Shown here: positions 13,753 through 27,182 of the stretch, in pieces | Layout of the letters: every line of letters starts with the position of its first letter | How positions within the stretch are numbered: the stretch's first letter is position 1 | Assembly: GCA_965113315.1 (NCBI GenBank) | Contig: OZ220368.1 | DNA length: 64,000 nucleotides | Strand: one strand, 5' to 3' | Origin: Podarcis vaucheri | Lineage: Eukaryota | Made by a program: the position numbers and the translations under genes | Notes under the pieces: model-generated | What the model was told of the DNA's origin: nothing | Seen by the model: only the letters and a program-made list of their open reading frames with translations | Database searches by the model: none

Positions 13753-14455
13753 CAGTGGTGGAGGAAGGGGAGTGCGGGGGGTGCGGTCCGCCCCAAGTGT
13801 CATCACTGAGCGGGGGGGGGGGTTGACAAAATGAGTTTTTTCATTTAAAAAATCGTCTCACAGAACTTTTTAGGAGTGACATGGTGGCTTAGGCACCTGC
13901 AGGTTCCCCACTGCCTGAAACAGCAGCATGGGACTTGCATCTGCCTATTGCCTCTCCCCAGGGGTGTAGCAAGGGGGGTGCAGTGGGGGGGGGCGGGCCA
14001 CCCCGGGTGTCCCCACTGAGGGGGGGTGTGTGACAAAATGGTGGGCAGCCCGAGCCACGCTTCTCTCCTGGGAGTGACACAGTGGTTTGAGTGCCCGCAG
14101 GCTCCACGCTGCCCCAAAAAGTCTGTCCGTTGCCTCCCCCTCAGCTCTAGGGCAGCTGAGTGGGAGGAGGCAGGCAGACTCCTTGGAGGCTCGGTGGAGC
14201 ATCCTGCCCTGGCTGGCCCTGCCCCCGCAGGTGACTGCCCCCCGCCGGGTGCAGGGCATGCGTGCGCCCCAGGAGCCCTATCGGCTTGCTCCGCCACTGC
14301 CTCTCCCTCAGCTGCCCTACAGCTGAGGGGGAAGCAGTGGAGAGGTTCCAAGTGTCGGAGAGTCTCGTCCCATCCCCATGGGCGGATCACCCTGCCTCCA
14401 GCTGCAGGACACACACACCCCGCACCAGGCACTCAAGTGACTAACTACGCCGCTG
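13753..14455. mobile_element. Non-autonomous hAT-type DNA transposon, GC-rich
   Basis: Termini CAGTGGTGGAG and CTACGCCGCTG, 8-bp TSD GAGCCAGG. Confidence 0.8.
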
Positions 14456-14875
14456 GAGCCAGGACTCATTAGGGCTCTGCCACAGAATACATTTCCTGTG
14501 CTGGAGCTCAGTTTTAGAACATGCGGTGCAAAGAGCACCTTGGAACATGTGCAGAGAGCCATAGCCTCACTTCTGTGTAACCATGAACAGGCTATGCACA
14601 GGCTTAGAGGGAAGCACTGAGGGGCATCTTTCATGGCTATAGAAGCTATTTTAGGGTCTCAGTTCCAACCAATCTGCCATGCTGGGGGAGGGGAGGTTAG
14701 ATGGGTCTGAGGTCTCTGCTGTACGAAAAAATTGGGGTTGACTTTTACAGCCCAACTCCCCATCAAAGGATTCAGTGTACCATAAGTCCATTATTGGTCA
14801 GAGAAGGAAGAGTGGAGGCAGGAAACAGTAGAATAAAAGCAAGGAAGATATTTATTTTTTCTGTAGCAACAGAGT

Positions 14876-15190
14876 TCCTCCTCTTCCTCCTCCTCCTCCT
14901 CCTCCTCCTCCTCCTCCTCCTCCTTCTTCTTCTTCTTTTGCGATCACTTGTAGCCGAGTAAGACCGAGTAAGATTGTCTTCCATGAACACAGTCTTAACA
15001 CTGAGTCCATAATTCTGGATCCACACGTCCTTCCACAGCGGGGACATAGGTTTCTGGGCAAGAGTTGATCATGGTGAGGGTTTGCCAAACACGCCTTCCT
15101 CCTAGCACATTTCTCCCTTTTGTCCTGAGTTTGAGCATCTTCAAAGTTCATGACACCTTTGGTAAAGGCTGTTCTCCAATTGGAGCACTC
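14876..15190 (-). mobile_element. RTE-clade LINE 3' fragment with (GAA/GGA)n tail
   Basis: C-terminal zinc-finger-like CPRCGRTCGSRI; homologous to 39925-40170. Confidence 0.75.
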
Positions 15191-16396
15191 ACAGGCCAGT
15201 GTTTCCCAATTGTTGGTGGACCCAGAACAAGAGTGTGCAATACTTCAGCTATTTCCCAACTCCTTAGTCAAAGACCACCCAAAAGCATCACACAAGCGTC
15301 ACAGAAAGAGGTGTGCTACAGCAGAAATTTGAGAGTCTGGCTTGTCTCTTGTCTGTCAAGATAATGTTCGCTGATTGCCCCACCTTGGCCAGTCTGGGCC
15401 ATTCTTTTGAAATGATAAATACCCCTGTTCCTGAAACTATTGTCGCAGACCTTCCCTATTCATGTGAGAAGTCTATCCATTCACATGACCTTGACGGATT
15501 TTGCAAGGGAAAAGAACTATTGGGAAAGGTTTTCCTACTTCAGAGACAATATTTGGGGTCATTTAAGAGAGTCAAAATGGCTTCTGGATGGCTCTCCTGT
15601 ACTATTTCAGGCATGCAGCCTATGTACTTATGTATGCGAGTTTACTTTGTGCACTTAAGTACATTGATTTTAATTTCTGACATCTTCCAATTCTTATAAC
15701 ATCTCCACTTGCCCAGCCCAAAGCACCTCTGGCGATCTCTGTTCCTTATTCTACCTGCCCAGAGTATTGGTGGATAGAAGTTCGGCCAACAGGATTTCCA
15801 CTGGTGGAAAGTGGCAAAACAGAGCATTTGATTTAGCAGAACATGTTGTGTAATGGCTAAGAGCTTGATATATTTGAATCGGGAGTCCTCGGTTCAAATC
15901 TCACCTCTGCCTTGAACTCACTAGGTTGCCTTAGGCAAGATTCTCTCTCTCTCAACCCTCGTATTCTGGTCTGGGGATACGGGAAATATTACCTGATGTA
16001 CTATGAAGATAATGATGGTTACTACTAGTTGTTGTTGTTGTTATTGTGCATGAAGCCCAACCTTTCCCCCAGAGATCAGGGGATCAATTGCTCAAGGCCT
16101 CCACCTTTCATGCTCTTTGCTATCTTGATCACAGGCTGCAAGCAGCACAAGTCTGTGCTCTGTGCTGATCTTGATTTGGGGATGAGGGTGCACTTACAGG
16201 GGCCTTGCAGGGCCTTGTTCCTGGTACACCTGAGGAGTTTAGACATCTCAGTCTTTGATAGGCATCTACAACCAGTTTTGTTTTGCAGTGTTGGAATGCC
16301 AGGCTTTGTGGCGAAGCTAACACCAACTGTTGATTCTTTCCTTTCTAAGCTAAGCATTCATCTCACACAATTTCTTTAATATTTCCTTCATTTCTC

Positions 16397-16597
16397 CAGT
16401 GGCAGGGCTTCATGCTCCAGCACTGGGGGGCAGAGAGCGGGCAGGGGCAGGGCTAGCGTATGTCCCAGGGGCGTGGCACGCCGCCTGCGGGGGCATGGTG
16501 CCTAGCGGGGGTGGACAGGCAGCCGTGATGGCACCCCACTGGGATCGCGCTGCCGGGGGCGGTGTGCTCCCCCCACATTCCTCTTCCTCCGCCACTG
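16397..16597. mobile_element. hAT-type MITE
   Basis: Termini CAGTGGC and GCCACTG, 8-bp TSD CATTTCTC. Confidence 0.82.
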
Positions 16598-16739
16598 CAT
16601 TTCTCAACCGCCCTTCATCAACAGATAGTGCACAAGCAGCCCAGAAGCTGAACTAAATGGCTCTTGTGAGCCCTTCCAATTCTACGATTCTGTGATTCTG
16701 TATGAATACAGCAGCTCTTAGAATACAGCAGCACATTAA

Positions 16740-17130
16740 AGGCAATTAAAACAAAAATGAAATGAAAACTTTTTGCAACTAAAGTGTATGAGAGAATGTG
16801 GCCTTCACACAGTCCTATCCCCCAGAGACCTTAATGATTAAAAAAGTATGCCTTCAATTGGCACCAAAAGATGGTTACTATGGGGACAATCTTATTTCCA
16901 TTGAAAGGGTCTTCCACAGTAGGGGTGCCACTCTGGAAAAGACCCTGCCCCATGTCACTGCACAACAGCCACTCCCAGTGGGGTGACCTTGAGAAGGGCC
17001 TTCCACACAGATCTTAAGGCACAAGTTTGCATACATTGGGAAGGGCACCTCTTCCAAGTATTCAGATTGGAAACTGTTCAGGGCTTTATACACCAACATT
17101 AGCACCTTAAATTGGTCCTGAATGCTGATT
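16740..17130 (-). mobile_element. L2-type LINE 3' remnant
   Basis: L2-type tail motifs LVYKALN...YL and AFS.VAPLLW..L; similar remnants at ~7900-8150, ~35060-35450 and ~53520-54000. Confidence 0.6.
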
Positions 17131-18172
17131 CATATGGCACTGCAGGCATTAAGGACTGGTATAAATCTGAGGTCAATACTGTAGAAAGGCAAAGGCAGCT
17201 GATAAAGCTTGACTGAAGTTATTAAAGGCCTCCTCAGAAGAAAGAACACAAAAGACTTGGAAAGAACATGCCTGCTAGATAACTTTTCTGGTCCCTTCCA
17301 ACAATTCTATGATTCTATATATTGTAAAGACAAATCTAACTTATGAAAAAGCACAACATGTTTATTTGTTCCACATTCAGGTTGGCACAGCCAGCAGAGG
17401 GGACAACCTTTTGGATTATGTCTTTTCACCAAAACAAGGATCAAGAACCTGTGGCCCTCCAGTTATTGCTGAACTACACCTTTCATCATCCCTGACCATT
17501 GGCCACACTGAATCCCCACAGCAGCATCTGGAGGGCCAAGGGTTCCTCATCCCTGCATTAAAATGTTAACACGACCTTCCCCATGCCCCGTGAAATGGCA
17601 GGGATTTCGCCTCTCTCTGATGACACTTGAAAGGCTTGCTTCCACTGGATACCCAGACCAGATTTGCAGAAGCAGGGGGGTGGGGTGCATTGTCTAGGGA
17701 GATCCCACAGAGCCTTGGAGGTGGCCACTCATAATCATGCCCATCAATAATAAAACTGTGTGCAGCTACGGAAAGTAAGGGAGCCTGACTGAGACATGTA
17801 TCTTGACCCCCAGAGCGAAGGCAGGTGTAACAGAAGGAGAATGGCACCAAATGTGCATTCATTATTTACAAGGCACATCACGAGAAGCCGACCATGAGCA
17901 AAACAACCTCCCCTGAGCTGTGCAATTGTTGGAAGCAGTGAGCGTATTTTGCTGCCTGTGCAGTTTCTCCTTTGTCTTCTTCACTTTAATGGAGCCCTTT
18001 CCTGCTACCTCCTGCTTTCCCAGGAGAGCAGCTGCACTGCTGATGGAAGAGAGAAATACCAGGAAAGGTTTCTGTTTGCAAGGTAGGGTCCAGACTGGGC
18101 CTTGTGGTCCAACGCTGGCTGTCTTTTGGACTCCTCTGGGTTTCTATCTACCCTGGTCGTGCAGTGGCAAAA

Positions 18173-18174
<2 letters not shown>

Positions 18175-18220
<46 letters not shown>
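18175..18220. repeat. (GA)n microsatellite (others: (TA)n 10818-10860, (CT)n 25620-25656, (GTT)n 3158-3185 and 32437-32466, (TA)n 49356-49398, 50814-50857 and 51367-51386)
   Basis: Direct reading of the sequence. Confidence 0.95.
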
Positions 18221-18223
<3 letters not shown>

Positions 18224-19396
18224 CAGCCACTCTGTCTGATTTCAAGGAATCCAGGGGAAAGAACGAGTGAAGTGCCTTGTGTCAGAGATGACCGGATCTG
18301 CCTTGGCAGCCTCAGAGATCCTGCTAAAATGAAAGCATGACCACCAAATAAGGCATGTCTCATTTTTATTGCACTTTTTCTCCACATACAGTAGAAGCAT
18401 ACATGAAGCACAGATTCAGGCCTAATAGGTTCATGCAGACTACAAATGCAATGATTACAAGATCATGAGCATGTCTTCCAAGGTTTCAGGGATGTGGATG
18501 CATTTTCAATGCAAGGGGCCGCATTCTCCTCTAGGCAACCTTCCTAGGGCCACTTGCCCCTGGTGGGTGGGGCCAGCAGCAAAAGTGGGTGGATCAGCTG
18601 GTGTAAACATCACCATTGTACAGTAGGCTAGTTTCTACACACGCTCACACAAGCAAGAGATGTTATCAGAGTTCATGCACCAGGGTTATCAGAGTTTATG
18701 CACTTGAGGTGCAAAGCAGGGTCAGTGACAAGAGTGGCCTGAGGAGAGTTCTGGGGGCCAGATAGAGAGGCCTGGAGGGCCACATTTGGCCTGTGGACCA
18801 GAGCCCCCTCCAACACCTCTGCTATATAGGAATAACAAGCACAGTTGTAGGCGCAAACAGGATGCGCACATATATGTGCTAAGGTTGAATGCCCCTAGTA
18901 AATGCAGTGCCAAACAATGAGCTGATTTGCTGAATCTGCATGTGCACCCATACAGACTCTGACTAAAAGCACACAGCAGAAATAATGAGATAATACTCTT
19001 TTGCTACACACTGATACATGGAAGGTGCACAAAAGCGAAGCACTTTCTATTGGGAACACAGTAGAAGGGAAATGGACTCGCTGGCTGCACACACACAAGC
19101 AAACAAGCACATGCACTCACCAGATTAACTCTTGCACTCATGTGGAGCAAAGAAGTCATTTTCCCAAGTTTCTGCAACAAATGGTGAGTTCTCTTGCTTG
19201 TCCTGCAGACTTGCTCGGGTTCAATGTGCATTTGCAACCTGCACTGTACTGCACAACAGTTCCACATCTGCCTACACTGGTGCAAACAAGGCCAGCCTGC
19301 TATCAGTAGCAGATCCCCAGACCTTCCACCTGTACCCATTTGATAATGGTAGGATCTGTTTTCCCATAGCAGATATCCATTGCTGGTATGCATTAT

Positions 19397-19755
19397 AAAG
19401 GTAAAGGTACCCCTGCCCGAACGGGCCAGTCTTGCCAGACTCTGGGGTTTGTGCGCCCATCTCACATCTATTGGCCGGGGGCCAGCGCTGTCCGGAGACA
19501 CTTCCGGGTCACGTGGCCAGCGTGACAATGCTGCTCTGGCGAGCCAGAGCTGCACACGGAACGCCGTTTACCTTCCCGCTGGTAAGCGGTACCTATTTAT
19601 CTACTTGCCCCCGGGGGTGCTTTCGAACTGCTAGGTTGGCAGGCGCTGGGACCGAGCAGCGGGAGCGCACCCCGCCGCGGGGATTCGAACTGCCGACCTT
19701 TCGATCGGCAAGCCCTAGGCGCTGAGGCTTTAGCCCACAGCGCCACCCGCGTCCC
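19397..19755 (-). mobile_element. Sauria SINE, full length, CpG-rich (young)
   Basis: TSD GGTATGCATTAT at 19385-19396 and 19756-19767. Confidence 0.92.
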
Positions 19756-22700
19756 GGTATGCATTATGTCAGCATGCAAATACCTGCCAGTTGAATTTAT
19801 TTGATTGGTCTATCCCCCTTGGGGAAACTGGATCTTTCTGAGCTTTTTGAAATTCTGGAGTTAGATTTATGATGTCTCAATGTGAAAAAGTATTCCCTCT
19901 TTGGTAGATGAATATGATCTTGAAAGTAGTACAAATTCACTTACCGTTTGCATGGCAATAGGCATCCCACCCAAGCACAGACACCATGGAGGCAGCTTGC
20001 ATATTTTGCTAAGCCAGTGTCCTATTGTTTCCCCAAGTCAGTGATAAGAAGCTCCAGGAGCAGCATTTCCCAAGGGCACTTTCCTTATGAGGAAAGAATA
20101 ATAGAGACATATCAGTGGGATCTGCAGCAAAACCATAGAATTGTTGAGCTGGAAGGGACCCAAGGGTCATCTAGCCTACCCCCCCCCAAAATGTTGCAAC
20201 ATGGAGTACTTCTGTTCATGTCCAGGGTTCCAGGCACAACAGTCCATGTCTGCTAGGAATCTCCTGCCCTAGTTGTTGTTGTTTTTTGCGGGGGGGGGGG
20301 GCAGGGATCTCCCCATAGGTGTTTTTTTAAAGTATTTTCATACTTCTGCAAACTTTCTGGTTTCCCCCCAAGCTTGCTTACATCTCCCTCTTCTGCATTT
20401 GTGGTGCTGTTTAGACTACGTATGGTCTGGTATTCAGATAATGCGTATACGGGATCCTGTTTTGTAACATCGGGGAACAAGAAGCACCCAAACAGACGGC
20501 TGTAGCCTTGAAAGTAGCACCAGCAAGTGCGTCTTTCAACCCCCACCAAGGCTGTTTGATGCTGTAAAGCTAGCCGTCCTGTGTTTGTTTTTTCCAGAAC
20601 CTACATTCCAATGACTAAACTGTTCTTCTCTGAGCCCCATCCAAGCAAGCAAGGTCACCAGCCGTCAGTGCTCATCTAAGCAGACATTTCCTAGCCACAA
20701 ACACCATGACAGTAGCTTCAGTCAGCTATGAAGCAAAGCAAAATCTAAAGAAAAGATCACATCCCATATCCAGAGGGAGCCCTTCAAACAACATGGATGC
20801 CTTGTTTCAGAACACAGGAAGATGCCTTCTGCTGAGTCCCTGGTCCATCTTGCTTAGTACTGCCTGCCTTGGCTGGCACTGGTTCTCCAGGGCTTTGGGA
20901 AAGAGTCTTTCCAGCAGTGGCACGTAAGCTGGTGGCATGGTAATGTGAACCTGCAGGATGCTGATGCCACCAACCCAGAGCTCCTGTATCTCCACCACTG
21001 CCTCACCCCACCGCAGCCCATCCTGGTGTTCAGCAGCCCAGCTGCCACAAGAAGGACACGGCTGCTGCTCCTCTACCATCATGCACTGCTGCCAAGTCTT
21101 TTCCAACTCTGCCTGGAGACACAAGTGAACTTGGGACCTTCTGCAGGCAAAGGGCCACATTTCAAGTCTGCCTATATTATATAGCAGATGATAGACAGCC
21201 CACTGTCAGAGGAGGGATGATGATTAGTCTGAGGTTGCCTCAGTGGAAGTGTAGGCAATGATAGGTCTGAAAAACAGGAATGATAGGTCATTTTTCTCTT
21301 TTTGATTAAATTAGGTGTCCATCAGAGAGTGCAGGACTCTAGAAGGATCAATGTCCTGGCATCACTGGCTCATGGAGGGAGAGCCAATAGAAATTAGGGG
21401 ACAGAGTTTTGGTCATGGGCACTAGCCTGATTTCCCCACTACTTCATAAGTACACAGGGCACACAGGGCAATTCTATACCTCCCTGCTGCTCTCAGGTAC
21501 CAAACCAAACAATATTGCTAGATTCTGCACAGCAGCGCTCAAAATTCGTCGGAGGATGAACTGTGCCACAAACCAGATTTAATGCATATATCAGAGTGCT
21601 CTGTAAACTGATAGTTAAAGTCTTTTATATATCAACCTTTTATGCTCCTCCACACCTGCCCAATGCTGCTATCCCTTCTTTTAGCTTCTTTTAAATTCTC
21701 ATAGACCTTTATATTTACCTTCTGTTTTAATACCTTTTAGCTTTCCAAAATGTTTTTCAGATTTTAAATGACTGTATCCCACCCTTTTATGCTGGTCTGT
21801 GGCCATAATAAAGATTTGTATTGTATTGGGCATGGGCACGGAAGCCCACCTGACTATCTGGGTATCGTTGTTGCTTGGTCTCAGTTCCCCATCTGTATAA
21901 TGGGAATGTTGCCATTCCTGGGGTTGTTGTGTGTGTGGATTAAATAAGGAAGCACTGTTACACAACTTCAGGACTGGGCCAGCATATATCTAATCAAATA
22001 CATCAGAAGCTCCCTGTTCCTGCCTTTTAAAGGGATTAGTGGATGACATTTAGTCCTTCCTGCCCTGTTCACCACAGGGAATGCTGGCACAGAGGTAGGA
22101 GCTCACAGCCCTTCTAGAAGCTGCCTTCCCTGGGAACAGCACGAGAGCCTTGGCAGCCAGTTCATGTCTTCCCCATACAAGATCCCTGAATGGAGCCATC
22201 CGTCTCCATGGTGGCAGCTCACCCCAGATGAAAGGGGAGCCGCTATTCCATCCAAGGCAGGCAGAAGTTGGACAGACATCCTGGGGCTGCCTCCAGCTGC
22301 CTTTGGTGCGGTGGGTGGCAGAGAGAGCTGGGCACGGGTGAGCGGGACCTTTGATGTGCCAGGGACAGAATTTGAGAGGAGCGCCATTCAGCACATTGAC
22401 ACAAAGGGCTCTGGGGCTTCCAAGGAGAAAGGCAGCTTCCCAGAGAGAATCCCCCTTGCCTTCGCACTGCGCTGCCAAATTGTGATGTTATTACAGGAAG
22501 AGGGAGGGAAGCTTATCTTCTCCTTCTGAGTGGAATCCAAGCCCTTTTGTGCATTTCAAGGCCCTGAAAGAGCTGGAATGAGGTAGTGCGACCATGTGGT
22601 GCCAGCTCAAGAGACCAGGGATGCCACTCGGCGCCTGTGTTCACTGCAGAACGGTCACATGAGATCATCATCTGTTTATTTGTATGCCACTTCCCCGCAA

Positions 22701-23911
22701 AGCTGTGCCCAAAGTGGCCCACAACATATCAAATGAACAGGAACAATTCAAAAAATAATCTTATGTCACATCCACTCTATTTGTTCACAGCACCCCATGA
22801 ACAGCACTTTAACAGTCATGGCTTCCCTCAAAAAGTCATGGGAACCACAGCTTATCCCTCACTGAGTGACAGTTCCCAGAACCCTTAACAAACTACAGTT
22901 CCCAGGATTCCCTAGGGGAAGCCATATTCCCATTTTGGAATCAAGCCAGATGGTTGGGCCTTTAAGGCTCTGAAGTTCTCCACGAGGGGGTGGAGCCTGG
23001 AGGACGTAGTCTGGAGGCAGAGGCATGAAAAGCCTCCATTGGATCTCAACCTTTGTTGGTGCAAGTTGCTCACTTGGAGCTGTCTGTGGTCCAGAAACCT
23101 TTGACCAGCCTTGCTGCTGTCCTTGTAGATTCTGGCGTCAGACCAGAATGCAGCACCACAGCTAGCCCACGCAGGCCAGTCACTGAGAGGCTGCTGTTCA
23201 TCTGCTAGAAATGCACCAAGTTGGGGAGACACAGAGGAGGAAGGTTAGGTGGGAAGGGAACAGTCACAGCTTTGATCCCCAGCCTCTCCACATAGGACTG
23301 AGAAGACCTTCCCTGGCAAACCACTGCCAGTTTGTGTACCCAATGCTGACTTACACCTTGACTTATGGAGAAAGTGGAGTACCATTTGCTGCTCTCCTTC
23401 AGGCACCCAAATGCCTTGGGCAGGTTCTACCCTCCCTCCTCGCACCCTTCCATCCCATCCAGAAGATCTTTGTGTAACATATGCATCCCACGGACATTGC
23501 CAAATAGAGCTGAACATTTTCAACAGGTTGAGCAGCTGCCAGAAGCAATAAGCTGGTAGGCATCTGGGTAAAGGGTTACTGGGAAGGCAGTAAGGCAATA
23601 AGGAAACTACCTGTCAGCCGTGAGCAGTGGGTATTTCCCCCAGCCCTTCCCAATAGGTTGCAATAGGCAGACATACATAGTATGCCTGACAGTCTTTCAC
23701 CTCTTGAAGGAAGGTTGACAGCACTGGACTGTCCCCAGGTTATGGAGACCAGGTAGTTGCTGTCTCAAGTAGAATGGACTTCGGAGAAAGTCCCTGAAAC
23801 TGTCCCTTCCAACAAGTATGTGTGATCTTGGCCATAATGGGAAGGAAATGACATTCCCCCCCCCAAAATGCTGAATGTTGGTGATTGTTATCAGCAGGGC
23901 AGTCACTCAAA

Positions 23912-24274
23912 GGTAAAGTAAAGGTACCCTTGACCTTTAGGTCCAGTCACGGATGACTCTGGGGTTGCGGCGCTCATCTCGCTCTATAGGCCGAGGGAGC
24001 CGCCGTTTGTCCGCAGACAGCTTCTGGCTCATGTGGCCAGCATGACTAAGCCACTTCTGGAGAACCAGAGCAGCTCACAGAAATGTCGTTAACTTTCCCG
24101 CCAGAGCAGTACCTATTTATCTACTTGCACTTTGACGTGCTTTCGAACTGCTAGGTGGGCAGGAGCTGGGACTGAACAACGGGAGCTCACCCCAGCGCGG
24201 GGATTCGAACTGCCGACCTTCTGATCAGCAAGCCCTAGGCTCTGTGGTTTAGACCACAGCGCCACCCACGTCCC
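23912..24274 (-). mobile_element. Sauria SINE, full length
   Basis: TSD AGTCACTCAAA; head and tail match the other copies. Confidence 0.9.
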
Positions 24275-24923
24275 TAGTCACTCAAAAGAGAAGGCCAATT
24301 GCCCAAAGCATAATGTTGTCTTAGTGCCATCTTTGTGATGTCCATTTGTAAATATGCATTGTGCATTTTAAGTACGTGTGCCCATTTTTGCTTGCTTCAC
24401 ATAATGTATTTTGAGGGTGGTCAGATGCAAAAGGGAGCATGGATCTTTAGCATTTAAGAGCATAGAAAGAAATTTGCTGGAGCTTTCCAATGGCCTATCC
24501 AGTCCAGCATCCTGTTCTCACAGCGGCCAACAAGATGCCTGTGAGAAGCCCAAAAAAGGGCCTGAGGGCCATTCCAGCAACTGGTATGCAGAGGCACACT
24601 GCCTCCAACAGCGGAGGTTGAACGTAGGCACATGGCAACCAGATTCTGATAGCCTTATCCAGGGCTTTTTTCAGCTGGAACTCACTGGGACTCAGTTCTG
24701 GCACCTCTCTGGTGCGTGCCATTGCCATCATCAGTGAACAAGGGAGGTGTTCATGGTGACTTCTGGGTAGAAGCTTGCTTTTTAAAAAGGGGAGAGATGA
24801 GATTTGCAGCATGCCGGGTCTTGTACCCAGTACCATTTTCTACTTTTAGCTTTCAGCCCAAGAGATATACTACCTGTGGCGAAGAACAAGATACCCCCCC
24901 CCACTGCGCCACAGTTCCATGTA

Positions 24924-25154
24924 CAGTGGTACCTCGGGTTACATACACTTTAGGTTACATACATTTCAGGTTACAGACTCCGCTAACCCAGAAATAGTAC
25001 CTTGGGTTAAGAACTTTGCTTCAGGATGAGAACAGAAATCGTGTGGCGGCAGCGGGAGGCCCCATTAGCTAAAGTGGTACCTCAGGTTCAGAACAGTTTC
25101 AGGTTAAGAACGGACCTCCAGAACGAACAAAGTTCTTAATCCCAGGTACCACTG
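24924..25154 (+). mobile_element. Tc1/mariner (Tigger/pogo-like) MITE
   Basis: CAGTGGTACCT TIRs, TA TSD; three copies in the window. Confidence 0.85.
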
Positions 25155-25617
25155 TACAGAATTCGACTGGCGTTGTAGGTGAAATGTGAATCCAACTTGG
25201 AAGTGGTACCATATCCTCCATTACACTAGAGGACAGCAGGCTAGCCTGGGGGTTCAAAGGCCTGCCACCACCATCCTGCCCTCAGCACCCAACACCTGAG
25301 GCAGCTGCCTCATTCTGCCTAACGGTAGGGCTGCTTCTTGTACATTGCAAGGACAGGTTTGCCAGTTGCACACAGCACCACCTTGGCCCCCATTGGAAAC
25401 ACGAGCTCCAGTTCTAGGGAGCCTCACTTTAGATCTGTTACACCGCCACAGCCCTAATGCCTAATCTGACCCACTTCTTTGCTGCCAGCTTTAGACGGCT
25501 TGTACGTGGCTTGTATTCTCATTGCTTTCATTAAGAGAAACAACTCTGCAGCTATGTATAGATCACAGCACCCTCTCCTCCTTCTCCCATGTAAAAAGAA
25601 TCCACTGCTACATTCCT

Positions 25618-25658
<41 letters not shown>

Positions 25659-26366
25659 CTCTCTCCATTTAAAAGCCATCTTTTAAAACTCCCTTTGCAT
25701 CTCCCTGCTCACAAATGCAGCTGGCATCCCTTTCAGGGTGCTGGAGTGATCTGCAGCCAGCCAGCCAGCCAGCAGCACCTGATAATGCAGCAGCAAAGAG
25801 GAGTGGGAGAGGGAGGAGGCAGGGAACATTCTCCTGTCCTTGGATGAACTCCTCGCTGGCTCGCTCATTAGAGATGCTGCCACGCGGCTGCCGCCTCCTT
25901 GGGAAGCTTCTTGCACACAGGGATATTTTTAGTGTCTGCTTTATACTCCAAGCAGGAACTTCTGCATTACTCTTGCTGCGTAAAACAGGCTGTCAAAGGA
26001 GCTGCCAAGGCAACTAGCTACCGTTCAGCCGGTTTCCTCCAGCTGGGACTTGAAAGGCTTGTACTGCAGTCAGTGCAAAAATCGCCCACCTTGATCGTAT
26101 TCCCCCACCTCCAGGAGGGGTTTCAAGCACCAGCAGAGGCAGCAAAATACTGGAACCTCATCCAGCCCATAGGCTGCAGAGGTTGCCTTGCCGATAGGGA
26201 TGCAACGATCCACCCATTTCAGTTTTCTTGCTTTCTCATTTTTCCAGTCTTAAATTCAGCTCTCCGTATTTCTGCAGCCTTTTAGAAATAGAAAATGAAA
26301 ATAAAATCTAAATGAAAATTCACCGGCGTTTTAGTGAGTGCAAATTTCTCTTGACAAACACATGTT

Positions 26367-27182
26367 TGTTACGTGGTTTTGACTGGTGTGCACACTTTGC
26401 AAGCAATTCTCCTGACCATAAAGCCATTTCCGACCTCGGGAGGAGAGGGGGTTGCGGGTTACCCCCTCCCACACACGCGGGGGCTGGCCTTTTGCCCCCG
26501 CGAGATCCAGGGAATCCCCGGGCGTGCCTGCGACTCGGCCCGCCAATCGGTGGGCTGGGGAAGCGTGGCCTAGCACACTTAAGGCCAGGGACGCCCGGGG
26601 ACCGCCCTCTTTCCCCCTTGCCAGCTGAGCGGTTTCCCATCCCTCCCACCCTTAGGCTTAGCTAGCTATGACCTTGCTATGGACTCCGGTTGGTCGCTGC
26701 AAGGGGCCTGGTAGGAATTTTTCCAATTTGGCGCACTGTCAGCCTTTGGGTTTTTTCGCCTACCTCGTAGCAAACGTCACAACTTCTACGGTATTGGCGG
26801 TTAGGCATTGGCAGGGGTTCATTGTTATGCAAATGAATGGGGGGGAAGGAAGCGCCATCACCTTCCTCCAAAGAAAGGGTAGTCGGGTAGAGGACTCCGG
26901 GGGGCGTTGCCTTGTCCGAAACCTAGGGAGGTAAGGGCCTCCGGCACGCCCCCGAGCGGTGACACCCGTGGGATACTAGTTGGCGTACTCCAACAGGACT
27001 CCCACGGCTTGTGGTTAACCCTTCCCGGTCTCCATGCCGGGTAGTCGATAGGAGCCAATGCCTAAGGCCAATACCTTTCAATTCTGTAATCAATAAAGTT
27101 GTGGCCTTTTTATGCCCATTAACCTTAAATAATGTGTCCTGTGTCGTCATTTCACATGGGGGAGGGGACTTGCCACGCAATA
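26367..27182 (+). mobile_element. Probable solo LTR, inserted in an older repeat
   Basis: Imperfect terminal inverted repeats TGTTACGTGG/CCACGCAATA, AATAAA at 27092, CpG-rich; interrupts a TAGGGA...TCCCTA-bounded element spanning ~26195-27346. Confidence 0.6.

Noticed and set aside
13845-14472. 195-aa and 148-aa ORFs
   Set aside because: GC-rich interior of a TSD-flanked non-autonomous transposon.
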